A DNA stretch of 64,000 bases from Spirochaetia bacterium (GCA_965203905.1 CBDBDQ010000005.1:4128001-4192000); one strand, 5' to 3'; positions 48,949-58,924 are shown, numbered from the stretch's first letter. A program made the numbers and translations. The notes: generated by a model from the sequence alone, not told the origin.

Positions 48949-50826
48949 CTATGATTTGTCGGGCCAGCGGTAGTAGGCGGTGGAGCCTTCGATGGCCTCC
49001 ACGGCGCGTTCCATCGGGAAGCGGTACTGGACATCGTGCAGGCTGCCGCTCAGCACCTTGATGGCGCGCCGCAGCGGCTCCAGGGCCGGGCGCAGGTGGG
49101 GGGCCGCGGAGGGGGGTTGCGAGTCGAGCACGTTGGCGGCGCGGCCGCGGGTGACCGGCAGCGCGTGCTCCAGGGCGGCGATCAACGTCGGCAGCCCGGC
49201 GGGGTAGCGGCGCAGGCGGAACAGGCCGTCGGCGGCGGCGATGCGCACGCTCACCGCGGGGTCTTCGAGCGCGGCGGTGAACGCATCCACCACCTCCTGG
49301 TCGGCGCACTGCAGGATCACCAGCCCGGTGACCGCCCAGAAGCGGACCGCCGAATCGGGGTCGGCCAGCCGGCGCAGCAGCTCGGCACGCTGCCCCGGCC
49401 CGTGCCGGCTCAGGTCGGCGGTCTCAAGGATAGCCTCGTAGTTGTCGCACCGCTGCCCGACCAGCCACAGCGGGCCGCCAGCGGCGCGCTCGTGCAGCTC
49501 CGGCTCGTCGATCAGGCCCAGGTCGCGGTGCTCGATCATCCAGTCGTAGAGCTGGCGGCGCATCTCGTCCACCACCTCGGCGTGCTCGCCGGCCGGCACC
49601 AGGTCATCGACGAACCAGGGGTCCGTGGCACCGTCGTAGAGTTCCTCGAACGGCTTGCGCCGGGCTGCGATCTGGCGCTGCGGGCCGACCAGCTTGCCGG
49701 CGCGCGCCAGGCGGTCCCAGGCGTGGATGTAGCCGGACCAGTAGATCGAGGTCTCGTACGGGAAGTAGGGCAGGTGCGGGAAGAAGTTGCGCTGGTAGCG
49801 GAGGTGGCGGGCGCGCAGCGAACGGATCAGCTCGAAGCGGGTGTCGAGGCGGTCGCGGCCGGTCACCACGTGCGGGCGGTGCACGGCGCCGGCGCACAGG
49901 ACCGGGCGGCTGTGCATGTAGTCCGGCACCGGCAGCCCGGTCATCCTGAGCGTGGAGGCGGTCAGGTCGAGGGTGGTGATCGGCTCCTCCACCACCGCTC
50001 CCGGTTCGGCGGGAGCGAGGTGCTGCCAGCGCGGCGGGAAGCGCACGATCAGCGGCACGTGGTCGCCCTGCTCCCACCCCCAGTGCTTGGCGCGCAGCAT
50101 GCCGGTGCCGTGGTCGGCCCAGAACACCACGATGGTGTCGTCCCACACCCCGTCCTCCTGCAGCTCGGCGACGTGACGCCCGACGTGGTAGTCGATCTGG
50201 GTAATTGCGTCGTAGTAGTGCGACCACGCCGTGCGGAACTCGGGGATGTCGGGATGAAAGGGCGGCAGCGGCGCCTGCTCGGGATCGTGGAAGTCCTCCG
50301 GCTGCAGCAGCGTCACGCGCTCGGCGAGGATGGTCCCCTTCCGGTCCCAGGTCACGGACGAGTGGCACTCGGTGTAGTTGAACACCGAGAAGAACGGCTG
50401 GCCGGCACTCCGCTGTCGCCAGCGAGCACTGGCGCTCCATGCGTCCCATGCCTGCGCCATGATGGGGGCCGCAGCGTCGCTCCGCGGGTTTGAGGTGGCG
50501 GCCAGGTTGTAGTCGGTCTTGACGCAGTTGGAGGTGAAGTAGCCGGCGTCGCGCAGCCAGGCGGGCAGCAGGCGCAGGTGCTCCGGTGCGGCTACCCGGG
50601 AGCGGTGGTGGTGGGTGCCGAGTGCGAACGATACCACCCCGGTGATGATGGCCGCGCGGGAGACCGAGCACACCGGCGCCAGGGAATGGGCATTGGTGTA
50701 GCGGATGCCCTCGGCGGCCAGCGCGTCGAGGTTGGGGGTCCTGGCGTAGCGGTCGCCGTAGCAGCCGAGCAGCGGATTGATGTCTTCTACCGACACCCAG
50801 AGGATGTTCGGTTGCCGGCCATTCAC
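48949..50826 (-). CDS. Sulfatase (Cys-type) with C-terminal HEAT-like repeats
   Basis: PNILWVSVED, TPNLD, CSVSRAAIITG, ADHG, HVPLIVRFP; DPDSAVRFWA and DPAVSVRIAAA repeats. Confidence 0.9.
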   Translation of the reverse strand: MNGRQPNILWVSVEDINPLLGCYGDRYARTPNLDALAAEGIRYTNAHSLAPVCSVSRAAIITGVVSFALGTHHHRSRVAAPEHLRLLPAWLRDAGYFTSNCVKTDYNLAATSNPRSDAAAPIMAQAWDAWSASARWRQRSAGQPFFSVFNYTECHSSVTWDRKGTILAERVTLLQPEDFHDPEQAPLPPFHPDIPEFRTAWSHYYDAITQIDYHVGRHVAELQEDGVWDDTIVVFWADHGTGMLRAKHWGWEQGDHVPLIVRFPPRWQHLAPAEPGAVVEEPITTLDLTASTLRMTGLPVPDYMHSRPVLCAGAVHRPHVVTGRDRLDTRFELIRSLRARHLRYQRNFFPHLPYFPYETSIYWSGYIHAWDRLARAGKLVGPQRQIAARRKPFEELYDGATDPWFVDDLVPAGEHAEVVDEMRRQLYDWMIEHRDLGLIDEPELHERAAGGPLWLVGQRCDNYEAILETADLSRHGPGQRAELLRRLADPDSAVRFWAVTGLVILQCADQEVVDAFTAALEDPAVSVRIAAADGLFRLRRYPAGLPTLIAALEHALPVTRGRAANVLDSQPPSAAPHLRPALEPLRRAIKVLSGSLHDVQYRFPMERAVEAIEGSTAYYRWPDKS

Positions 50827-50830
50827 CGCG

Positions 50831-51853
50831 TTATCCCAGGGGAGCCGTACCCGGCCGGTCGCCGAGCGCGGCGAACAGCCGCCGCGAGCCGGTGAACGTG
50901 GAGCGCCCGTGCGCGGTCAGCATGTTGTCGAGGATGATCACGTCGCCGCGGCCCAGGGCGTAGGGCGTCTCCAGGTCGCAGACCATCCGGAACCACGCTC
51001 GGCACTCCTCGACGGTTATGGACGTGCCGTCTTCCATGATCATGCGGTGGAGGCTCTCCGGAGCGGCGGCCATCGTGTGCGCCAGGCGTTCGGCATCCGC
51101 CTGCCTGCCGTCCCGCTCCGCCGCCAGGCGCAGCGACTCCGGCTGAAAGGTCAGCGCCTGCGTGCACCACAGCTCGCCGTGGATCGGGTGTGAGCGGAAG
51201 AAGCGGGCCGGCTCCTGGGTGATCTCCAGGCACTCGTCGGCGGTCCACGCCAGCTCCCAGCCACGCTGTCGTGCGACCCGCTCGGCTTCCCGGCGATCGG
51301 CGGTGCCGAGCGACTCCTGCCAGCTCTTCCTGTCGGTGTAGGCCCCGTTGCTCTCGCTGGCCGGTGGCAACCGGCGCCGCAGGCGGGCGCGCTTGCCGCG
51401 GAACCTGCGCGTGAAGCTCTTGGGCAACCCCTTGGTAAAGGTGCGCATGTCGCCGATCAGGTTGGTCTTCTGGCCGTGCTCCGCCGGTTCCTGGCAGTAG
51501 AACGCAACATAGTCCGGTACATCGTCCAGGTACGCCATTTCCTGGTGCAGCAGGATGCACCGGTTGGGCGGCAGGTCGGTCGCCGAGTACACTCCGGCGG
51601 CGTACTCGGTGCGCGGGGTGGTGCCGCCGACGTACGAGTGCGGATGAAAATCAATCGCCTGGAGGAACGCGGCGAACTGGTGCGGGCCGCTCAGGCCGGT
51701 GTCCCGAATGAGCAACGCCCCCTCCGTGTCCACCAGCCGAAAGATCTCCGCGGCCAGCCCAGGGAGCGCCGTCCGGCCGCCATTCTCGGCCAGGCGCAGG
51801 CGCGCGCTGGGCACCGAGAAACCGTCTCCAAGCTGCTCCCGTTCGTATCGCAT
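50831..51853 (-). CDS. TauD/TfdA-family Fe(II)/2-oxoglutarate dioxygenase
   Basis: YVGGTTPR, LHQEMAY, FYC, DNMLTAHGRSTFTGSRR. Confidence 0.88.
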   Translation of the reverse strand: MRYEREQLGDGFSVPSARLRLAENGGRTALPGLAAEIFRLVDTEGALLIRDTGLSGPHQFAAFLQAIDFHPHSYVGGTTPRTEYAAGVYSATDLPPNRCILLHQEMAYLDDVPDYVAFYCQEPAEHGQKTNLIGDMRTFTKGLPKSFTRRFRGKRARLRRRLPPASESNGAYTDRKSWQESLGTADRREAERVARQRGWELAWTADECLEITQEPARFFRSHPIHGELWCTQALTFQPESLRLAAERDGRQADAERLAHTMAAAPESLHRMIMEDGTSITVEECRAWFRMVCDLETPYALGRGDVIILDNMLTAHGRSTFTGSRRLFAALGDRPGTAPLG

Positions 51854-52025
51854 ACCGCCCTCCAGGACCCGCGTCATGATATACCTCAAGCCGCCGGATG
51901 CTCCAGGCGCCGCTGGACTGGGCCTCCCGCGGTGCCATTCCAGGCCACCGCCGGTACCGACCTCGTTGACGTACCCCCGAGCGTGGCCAATACTGGCTCA
52001 TTCGCAGACTCCCAAGGAGGATCAG

Positions 52026-53357
52026 ATGAATCGACTTCGTGTCGTACCGACAATTGCCGTGCTGCTGTCCGCTTTCCTTGCCGGAAGCGTGTTCGCCAGC
52101 GGGACCGAGGAGGGCGCCACCGAGGAGCGCGGGCCTATCACCATGACCTACCTGCGCTTCGGCGGGCCCGACGACATCACCCAGGACGAGGCGTTGATCG
52201 CGCGCTGGGAGGAGCGCAATCCCGGCGACAAGATCGAGCCCCTGATCGCGCCGTTCCCGCAGTGGAAGGAGAAGCTGGACACCATGGTCGCGGGCGGACA
52301 GGCGCCCGACATCATCTTCGGCTGGCCGACGCCGTTCGCCAACCTGTGGGCCAACGAGCGCATCATCTCCCTGAACGAGCTGGTGCAGGCCGACGTCGAC
52401 TTCAACATCGACGACTACCCGCAACACAAGCAGTTCATCTTCGACGGCGAGCTCACCGGCATCCCCTACAACGCCACCGCCCACATCCTGGTCTACAACA
52501 AGACCATGTTCGAGGATGCGGGGCTGGAGACGCCGATCGAGATGTACAACCGCGGCGCCTGGAACTGGTCCAACGCCATCGAAGTGGCCAAGCAGTTGAC
52601 GGTCGACGAGGACGGCGACGGCGTGCCCGACCAGTACGGGATGGTGAACATGGGCGACAACCCGGTGCCGATCATGACCGCGGTGTGGGCTCACGGCGGC
52701 CGGCTGTTCAACGAGGACTTCACCGAGATCACCTTCGACACCCCCCAGGTGCACGAGGCGCTGCAGTTGCTGGTCGACCTGGTACGCACGCATGAGGTGG
52801 CGCCGCCGCCGGAGATGCAGGCGAGCGAGATCGGGATCTCCTTCAGCTCCGGCAAGGTGGCGATCGGGCGGCAGAGCGCCGCCACCATCATGCTGCGCCA
52901 CATCCGCTGGGAAGAGCCGTGGGAGTGGGACATCGTGCCGTTCCCGGCCGGTCCCGAGGGCTTCGCCGCGTGGGCGGACGGCAACAGCCTCGGCATCTCC
53001 GTCGGCGTGCCCGACAAGCACCTGGCGTGGGACTTCGTCACCTCCATGGTGGATGAGGAGTCGTGGCAGGTGCGCTTCGACCTGGGTCTCCCGTTCCGGC
53101 TGCCGCCCAACATCAAGGTGATCAACTCGGCCACCTTCCGCGAGCTGTGGAGCTATGTCGACGTGGACATGATCATGGACGTGATGCTCGGCGACAAGGC
53201 GCTCACGCCGCTGGTGCCGCGTCAGGCGGACGCGTTCCGCATCGCCTACAACGTGATGGACACCGAGGTGGAGAACGCGGTGCGCGGCGACATAACGGTC
53301 GAAGAAGCGATCGCCGCCACCGTCAAGCAGGCCAACGACATCCTGGCCGGCTTCTAG
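52026..53357 (+). CDS. Sugar ABC transporter substrate-binding protein
   Basis: AAGGAGG SD; spirochaete-style VFASGTEE signal; APDI, LVYNKTMFEDAGL, WDIVPFPAGP. Confidence 0.9.
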   Translation: MNRLRVVPTIAVLLSAFLAGSVFASGTEEGATEERGPITMTYLRFGGPDDITQDEALIARWEERNPGDKIEPLIAPFPQWKEKLDTMVAGGQAPDIIFGWPTPFANLWANERIISLNELVQADVDFNIDDYPQHKQFIFDGELTGIPYNATAHILVYNKTMFEDAGLETPIEMYNRGAWNWSNAIEVAKQLTVDEDGDGVPDQYGMVNMGDNPVPIMTAVWAHGGRLFNEDFTEITFDTPQVHEALQLLVDLVRTHEVAPPPEMQASEIGISFSSGKVAIGRQSAATIMLRHIRWEEPWEWDIVPFPAGPEGFAAWADGNSLGISVGVPDKHLAWDFVTSMVDEESWQVRFDLGLPFRLPPNIKVINSATFRELWSYVDVDMIMDVMLGDKALTPLVPRQADAFRIAYNVMDTEVENAVRGDITVEEAIAATVKQANDILAGF

Positions 53358-53372
53358 CTTTCGATCGGTTTC

Positions 53373-53897
53373 TCAGGCGCTGCCCCGGCGTTCAGCCGCG
53401 GCAGCGCAGGGGGACGCGACGGGCGCCGTAGCCGGGCAGGCGGACCTGCTCGGCGCAGTAGTCCACGGCCGGGGAATCTTTGCCTCCCTACTCGGACGGT
53501 ATCCCAATCCCCAGACTCGGAGCAGATTGCGGGCTCCCTGTTCGAAATCCTGCGTAAAGTCAACCATCTGAAATCCTGACAACGTCCAAGAGAGATCCTC
53601 GTAGTCGCAAGATTCAAACATCAGTGGCACGATTCTGGCGTTCAGAGGGTCCTGTCGGAGAGCATAGGCAAGTTCTCGCTTGACCCAGGTCGAATTGACC
53701 GCACCCGGTGATAGCACAAGCACGAACCAGTCACATCGACGCAGAGCTGATCCAATCTCGTCGTGCCACTGCTGCGCTCCAACGATATCGGTACTGCTAT
53801 ACCAAACGGGGAGTCCGTGCCGCCGTAGCATCTCCGCCAGCCGGACGACGAAGCCCCGATCTCGATCCGAGTGTGAGAGGAATATCTCCTGCGGCAC
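53373..53897 (-). CDS. Stand-alone TIR-domain protein 2
   Basis: IFLSHSDRD, LPVW, WHDEIGSAL, LVLSPGAVNSTWVKRELAYA; putative catalytic Glu present. Confidence 0.88.
   Translation of the reverse strand: MPQEIFLSHSDRDRGFVVRLAEMLRRHGLPVWYSSTDIVGAQQWHDEIGSALRRCDWFVLVLSPGAVNSTWVKRELAYALRQDPLNARIVPLMFESCDYEDLSWTLSGFQMVDFTQDFEQGARNLLRVWGLGYRPSREAKIPRPWTTAPSRSACPATAPVASPCAAAAERRGSA
53400..53461. repeat. Direct repeat (second copy 54501-54562) = duplicated 3' end of the GH42 gene
   Basis: 62 bp with 5 mismatches; both copies encode EQVRLP(G/A)YGARRVPLR on the minus strand. Confidence 0.9.
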
Positions 53898-53933
53898 AGT
53901 ATGCTTCGGTTCGGGCGGCTGCGTGCGTGCGTC

Positions 53934-54356
53934 TCAGGCGACTTGCAGAAGAGTCCGAGCGACTTCCCTGATGCCCTCTTCTTCGCTCTCGTGTTCAGTA
54001 AGATTGATCATCTTCTGACGCCGGAGAATCCAGGGAACATCCTCGGTATCCAGCACGCTCGGATCGCCGGCAACAACGGGTATCAGACGTCTGCGGAAAC
54101 GCTTCTTGGTGAGGGCATACTCAATCTCCCAACGCATCTCCCAACGCGCCCATTGCGAACGCACCGAGTCTGGTGTCAGAAGTACGACCATTGCCTGGGA
54201 CTCTTGCAGCGCGTTACTTACTTCCTGTGCCCAGTTATCTCCTGGCAGGATCTCGCGCGTGGCATCCCACACCTCCAAGCCAGACTCCTGCAGGGTCGCG
54301 GCAACCTTGTGGGCCAGCCGTTCATCGGAATGTGCGTGGCTGATGAATACCTTCAC
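53934..54356 (-). CDS. Stand-alone TIR-domain protein 1
   Basis: KVFISHAHSD, LEVWD, ILPGDNW, VVLLTPDSVRSQWARWEMRWEIEYAL. GTG start inferred. Confidence 0.88.
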   Translation of the reverse strand: MKVFISHAHSDERLAHKVAATLQESGLEVWDATREILPGDNWAQEVSNALQESQAMVVLLTPDSVRSQWARWEMRWEIEYALTKKRFRRRLIPVVAGDPSVLDTEDVPWILRRQKMINLTEHESEEEGIREVARTLLQVA

Positions 54357-54447
54357 TTCTACCTGCCGACCACGTGGCTCGACTCCGATGCTTGGCGAGC
54401 GGCGACTTGCGCTGGCCGACCAAGCGGGAAGCGTGCCCGGAGCGGTT

Positions 54448-56496
54448 TCAGGATACCTCACCAGCCTGACAGCCGGCAACTCCCGGGGCAGGCTGCTCCG
54501 GGCGGCGCAGGGGGACGCGGCGGGCGCCGTAGGCGGGCAGGCGGACCTGCTCGGGGCGGTAGCCGCGCGCGGCCGCGGTGACCGTCCAGGGGTATCCGGA
54601 GCGGTTGATCAGGAACAGCAGGCTGCCGGCAGTGCTCTCAAGCACCCGCGCCTCGACCAGCGAGCGGTATTCCTCCGGCACCTCGCCGGTCAGTTCGATG
54701 TCGGGCGGCAGGGTGGCGGGCAGCCAGCCCGCCAAGAGGCGGCGCAGGCCGCGGTGCAGGGACCACAGGTAGGAGCGGCCCAGGGCGAAGGTGGCCACCA
54801 GGAGGCGGCCCTCCGGGCCGGTGGCGACCAGGCCGGGCGCGTCCACGTCGCGGTAGCGCGCCAGTTCCGAGCCGGCGAACCGGCCAGCCAGCACGCGGTC
54901 GAAGAAGGCGAAACCGCCGAAACCGCCTTGCGCGTCGTTCAGGCTCCAGCCGGCCATCCAATGGTCGGGCCGGATCCACTCGCGGCACTCCATGCCGAAA
55001 GCGGCGGCCGCCCGCCGGCTGTCCTCGAGGCCGGTCATCGGCAGTTCCACGACCGCGCGCCCGCCGCCGGCCACGAAAACGGTGAGACCATCCAACTCGT
55101 CAGCCGACAGTCCCAGTGGAAACGGAACGGCCACCAGCTCCAGGCCGCCACCCGCCGGCGGGAAGCTGCCCCCGGTAACGAAGGTCACCTCGTAGCCCAG
55201 GTCCAGGAACAGCCCGTAGAGGCCGTACACGGTGTCCGCCAACGGCGCTCCGCGGGCGTTGGCCTGCCACACCATCTCGCGGCTCAGGTAGATCGCCACC
55301 CGCGCCGGCACCGTGCGCGCCCCCGCCAGCAGCTCCGCATCGGCACGCAACTCGGCGATCACCCGCTTCGTCGCCAGCCGCCGCTCGGTGTCGTACTCGT
55401 CGGCGTCCACCATGTGGTTGATCCATGGTTCCGGTCCGCTCAGCAGCGGCTCCCAGCGGTAGAAGAACAGGGCGTCGGCGCCGTGGCTTGCCACCTGGTT
55501 GACCTCCGCCTCGATCTGGATGCCGCGCCACAGCAGCGAGGCGCTGGCGTCGCGGCCGGCGCCGGCGTACGGGAACGGTCCGCCCTGAAACTCGGTGATC
55601 CACAGCTCCTGCTCCGGGGCCAGCGCCTTCAGCAGCGCCAGGTGGGCGCCGGAGATCGCCGCGGTCTGCGCCCCCGAGCCGTGGTACAGGCTGGACGAGG
55701 TGTAGTCGAGCCGTGGCAGCAGCCACCAGTCCTGGCCCTTGGCCTGCAGCCCATCGAAGTGGGTGTAGTTGAAGCTCACCCGTACGCCGGGACACTCGGC
55801 GCGGATGATGTCGGCTCCCTCCAGCAGAAAGGCCGACAGCCGCCGCGCCGAGAACTCGCGCCAGTCGCGCCACAGGCCGGCGGGGTCCGGGTCGGCCTCG
55901 CGCGGCGGCTCAAGGTCCGCGAAGCCGGCGAACGCGGTGCCGAAGCGCGCGTTGACCGCCTCGATGCTGCCGCAGCGGCGCTCCAGGTCGGCCCGGTAGC
56001 CGGCCACCGAGTGCTCGCAGTAGCAGGGATGGTCGCCCACGCCCAGGTTGGGCTCGTTGTGGATGTCCCAGTCGAAGATCGCGGGATGGCCGCAGAAGCG
56101 GCGCGCGCTGGCCCGCACCAGGTCGTCACGGCGGCGCCGGTACGCGGGATGGTCGACGCAGGCACGCGGCCACAGGTAGTGGTGCGGGCCCTCCGGATAG
56201 GCGTTGCCGCCGCGATCCACCACCTTGGCGTCGGGGTGCTCCTCGAAGAACGGGTAGCCGACGTAGAAGGTGGCGAACCCGAACAGCACCCCCACCTCCA
56301 GCTCGGCGCACAGGTCGAGCAGCCGCCCCACCTCGTCGCTGTCGCTGTCGAAGCCGATGCGGATGCGGATGGCGTCGAACCCGGTGTCCTTGATCAGCGC
56401 CAGGTCGCGGCGCCAGTCCTGCTCGCCGCGCGGCAGCCACTCGGGACGCGTCGCCATTCCGCCGAACGGATACTCGTAGTGGGTGCCGAAGATCAC
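54448..56496 (-). CDS. GH42-like beta-galactosidase
   Basis: WRRDLALIKDTGFDAIRI, WDIHNEP acid/base, Cys motif, WITEFQGG nucleophile, FFYRW. Confidence 0.85.
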   Translation of the reverse strand: MIFGTHYEYPFGGMATRPEWLPRGEQDWRRDLALIKDTGFDAIRIRIGFDSDSDEVGRLLDLCAELEVGVLFGFATFYVGYPFFEEHPDAKVVDRGGNAYPEGPHHYLWPRACVDHPAYRRRRDDLVRASARRFCGHPAIFDWDIHNEPNLGVGDHPCYCEHSVAGYRADLERRCGSIEAVNARFGTAFAGFADLEPPREADPDPAGLWRDWREFSARRLSAFLLEGADIIRAECPGVRVSFNYTHFDGLQAKGQDWWLLPRLDYTSSSLYHGSGAQTAAISGAHLALLKALAPEQELWITEFQGGPFPYAGAGRDASASLLWRGIQIEAEVNQVASHGADALFFYRWEPLLSGPEPWINHMVDADEYDTERRLATKRVIAELRADAELLAGARTVPARVAIYLSREMVWQANARGAPLADTVYGLYGLFLDLGYEVTFVTGGSFPPAGGGLELVAVPFPLGLSADELDGLTVFVAGGGRAVVELPMTGLEDSRRAAAAFGMECREWIRPDHWMAGWSLNDAQGGFGGFAFFDRVLAGRFAGSELARYRDVDAPGLVATGPEGRLLVATFALGRSYLWSLHRGLRRLLAGWLPATLPPDIELTGEVPEEYRSLVEARVLESTAGSLLFLINRSGYPWTVTAAARGYRPEQVRLPAYGARRVPLRRPEQPAPGVAGCQAGEVS

Positions 56497-56499
56497 CGG

Positions 56500-57369
56500 T
56501 CAGCCCTTGATCCCGGTGGTCACCACGCCGTGGATGTAGTACTTCTGCGCCACGAAGAACAGCGCCACGCTCGGCACCAGCACGATGATCGACACCGCCA
56601 TCAGGCTCGTCCAGTCGGTGAAGTCCTGGTCCTGAAAGAAACGCAGGCCCAGCGACAGCGTCATCTTGTCCATCGAGTGGATGTAGATCAGCGGCTCCAG
56701 GAAGTCGTTCCACACCCGGATGAAGGCGAACACCCCCACCACCCCGAGCACCGGGCGCGACAGCGGCAGGATGATCAGCAGGAAGCTGGCGAACACCCCC
56801 GCGCCGTCGATGGCGGCGGCATCCTCCATCTCCAGCGGAATGGTGAGAAAGAACTGGCGCACCAGGAATATGAAGAACGGCACTCCCCCGAAGAAGAACG
56901 GCACGATCAGCGGCAGGTAGGTGTCGATCCAGCCGAGAAAGCGGAAGGTGATGAACATCGGAATCAGGCGCACGTGGAACGGCAGCATCATGGTGCTCAG
57001 CAGGATCACGAACAGGGTGGTGCGGCCCGGGAACTCCAGGCGGGCGAAGCCGTAGGCCACCAGCGAGGAGGAGATAACGGCGCCGGACACCGACAGCAGG
57101 GTGATGACCGAGGTGTTGAAGAACCAGCGCGTGAACGGCAAGGCGGTCCAGCCGTCGCTGAAGTTGTTCCAGCGCAGCGGCCGGGTGAACAGCTGCGGCG
57201 GATAGATGAACTCGGTGCCCGGCACCTTGACCGCGGTGGACAGCATCCAAATGAACGGCGCCAGGATCACCACGCCGCCGGCGGCCAGGGCCAGGTAGAC
57301 GAACGCCAGGGTGATGCGGCGCTTGAACGATTGCCGTTCGTAGTAGCGGACCAGGGTCACGCTCGACAT
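56500..57369 (-). CDS. Carbohydrate ABC permease
   Basis: AYGFARLEFPG, EMEDAAAIDGA, WNDFLEPLIY, TTGIKG. Confidence 0.93.
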   Translation of the reverse strand: MSSVTLVRYYERQSFKRRITLAFVYLALAAGGVVILAPFIWMLSTAVKVPGTEFIYPPQLFTRPLRWNNFSDGWTALPFTRWFFNTSVITLLSVSGAVISSSLVAYGFARLEFPGRTTLFVILLSTMMLPFHVRLIPMFITFRFLGWIDTYLPLIVPFFFGGVPFFIFLVRQFFLTIPLEMEDAAAIDGAGVFASFLLIILPLSRPVLGVVGVFAFIRVWNDFLEPLIYIHSMDKMTLSLGLRFFQDQDFTDWTSLMAVSIIVLVPSVALFFVAQKYYIHGVVTTGIKG

Positions 57370-57376
57370 GCCGATG

Positions 57377-58240
57377 CTACTTCCGCGACTCGTAGTACAC
57401 CCAGGCCGCGGACGAGCGCAGCACCACGAGGGTCATGCCGAGGATGAGAACGAACAGGATCCACGCCTGTGCGGCGGCGTAGCCCATGCGATACCACTGG
57501 AACGCGTGCCGGTACAGGTACAGCACGTACATCAGGCTGCCGTGGTTGGGACCGCCATCGGTCATCACGTAGGCGGGCGTGAACACCTGGAACGACTGGA
57601 TGATGCCCATGATCAGGTTGAACAGGATCACCGGCGAGATCATCGGCACGGTGATCTTCAGGAACCGCTGCCAGGCGTTGGCGCCATCCACGATCGCCGC
57701 CTCGTAGTAGGAGGTGGGTACGTTCTGCAGCGCCGCCAGGTAGATCAGCATCGGCCCGCCGACGCCCCACAGGCTCATGATGATCAACGCCGGGATCACC
57801 CAGGTCTCGTCCGCCAGCCAGGCCGGTCCCTCGATCCCGAACACCTCCCTCAGAAACAGGTTGAAGATGCCGAAGCGCGGGTTGAAGATCCATACCCACA
57901 GCAGCGACACCGCCACTCCTACGATCACGCTCGGCAGGTAGTAGATGGTGCGGAAGAAGCCGAGCCCCTTGATCTTCTGATTGAGCAGCACGGCGATCAG
58001 CAGCCCGAACACCAGGTTGAGCGGGATGCTCAGCGAGTAGAGGGCGGTGACCTTGAGCGACTTCCAGAACAGCGGGTCGTCGAAGAACAGCTTGGCGTAG
58101 TTCTTGAAGCCGATGATCTGCGGCTTGGAGAGCGCGTTCCAGTTGGTGAAGCTCAGGAACAGCGACGCCAGCAGCGAGCCCACCACGAACACCAGGAAGC
58201 CGATCACCCACGGCGAGATGAACACGTACCCGGCGATCAT
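57377..58240 (-). CDS. Carbohydrate ABC permease
   Basis: FISPW, FFRTIYYLPS, YYEAAIVDGA, ITVPMISP. The N-terminus looks short. Confidence 0.92.
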   Translation of the reverse strand: MIAGYVFISPWVIGFLVFVVGSLLASLFLSFTNWNALSKPQIIGFKNYAKLFFDDPLFWKSLKVTALYSLSIPLNLVFGLLIAVLLNQKIKGLGFFRTIYYLPSVIVGVAVSLLWVWIFNPRFGIFNLFLREVFGIEGPAWLADETWVIPALIIMSLWGVGGPMLIYLAALQNVPTSYYEAAIVDGANAWQRFLKITVPMISPVILFNLIMGIIQSFQVFTPAYVMTDGGPNHGSLMYVLYLYRHAFQWYRMGYAAAQAWILFVLILGMTLVVLRSSAAWVYYESRK

Positions 58241-58695
58241 GCGTTTCTGGTGGTAGGTATACAGGGCCGGCCCCCGGCGCCGAGACTATCACAGCCCCGC
58301 ACCTCCGGCCACCGCAGACCGGCATGAGCCACGTGTGGCCCGTCGTAGCCACACGCCTCGCGCGCCGGCTCGCCGTACCGCCCGCCGTGGAGCGCCCTGG
58401 ATCCGCTGATGGGTCGCCGTGGTCACCGTGACCGACAGGATGCCGCGTCAGCCGATGAGCGAGGTGTGGTGCCTCTGCAGCACGGCGGAAACATCCGCTG
58501 CTAATCTTGGTCATCCGAGTAAACAGGTGGGCTCACGTGAAAGGCATGCCGAAGCCGGGAGCCGCCCTTACCACGTCCTCGACCTCGTCACGCGCGAGCC
58601 TGTCGAGCGGACGTACCGTGTCATGGGCAAACGGCCAATCCTGGGTCAGAAACGCCCAAGCGTTCATGAGAATCAAGGTGTCACCCGTCGGTCCG

Positions 58696-58924
58696 TTCGC
58701 GAAATGGCGAATTTGTTGTCAGTTTCGCGACTGCTACGCCAATTCGTGAATTTGGCAGATTGATTTCGTCGCATTGCTCTACGATCTTGACTGTTCCCAT
58801 CAGATTGTTGTAGAGGAACGATTTACTCATGCTGGTTCTGAATCGTGCATAGGATCAGACCTGTCGCGAAATCGCGAACTTCAGGGTAGATTCGGGAAGT
58901 TCCGCCGATTCGCGAATTCGCGAG
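58696..58924. repeat. Dispersed non-coding element, copy 2
   Basis: Colinear with 3368-3619. Ends TTCGCGAAATGGCGAAT / ATTCGCGAATTCGCGAG form a 14/17 inverted match. Confidence 0.9.

Noticed and set aside
54106-57447. 1113-aa plus-strand ORF (likewise 21195-24059, 20602-22932, 39487-41187, 41422-43110)
   Set aside because: Shadow or alternative frames of well-supported genes; long stop-free frames are expected at this GC content.
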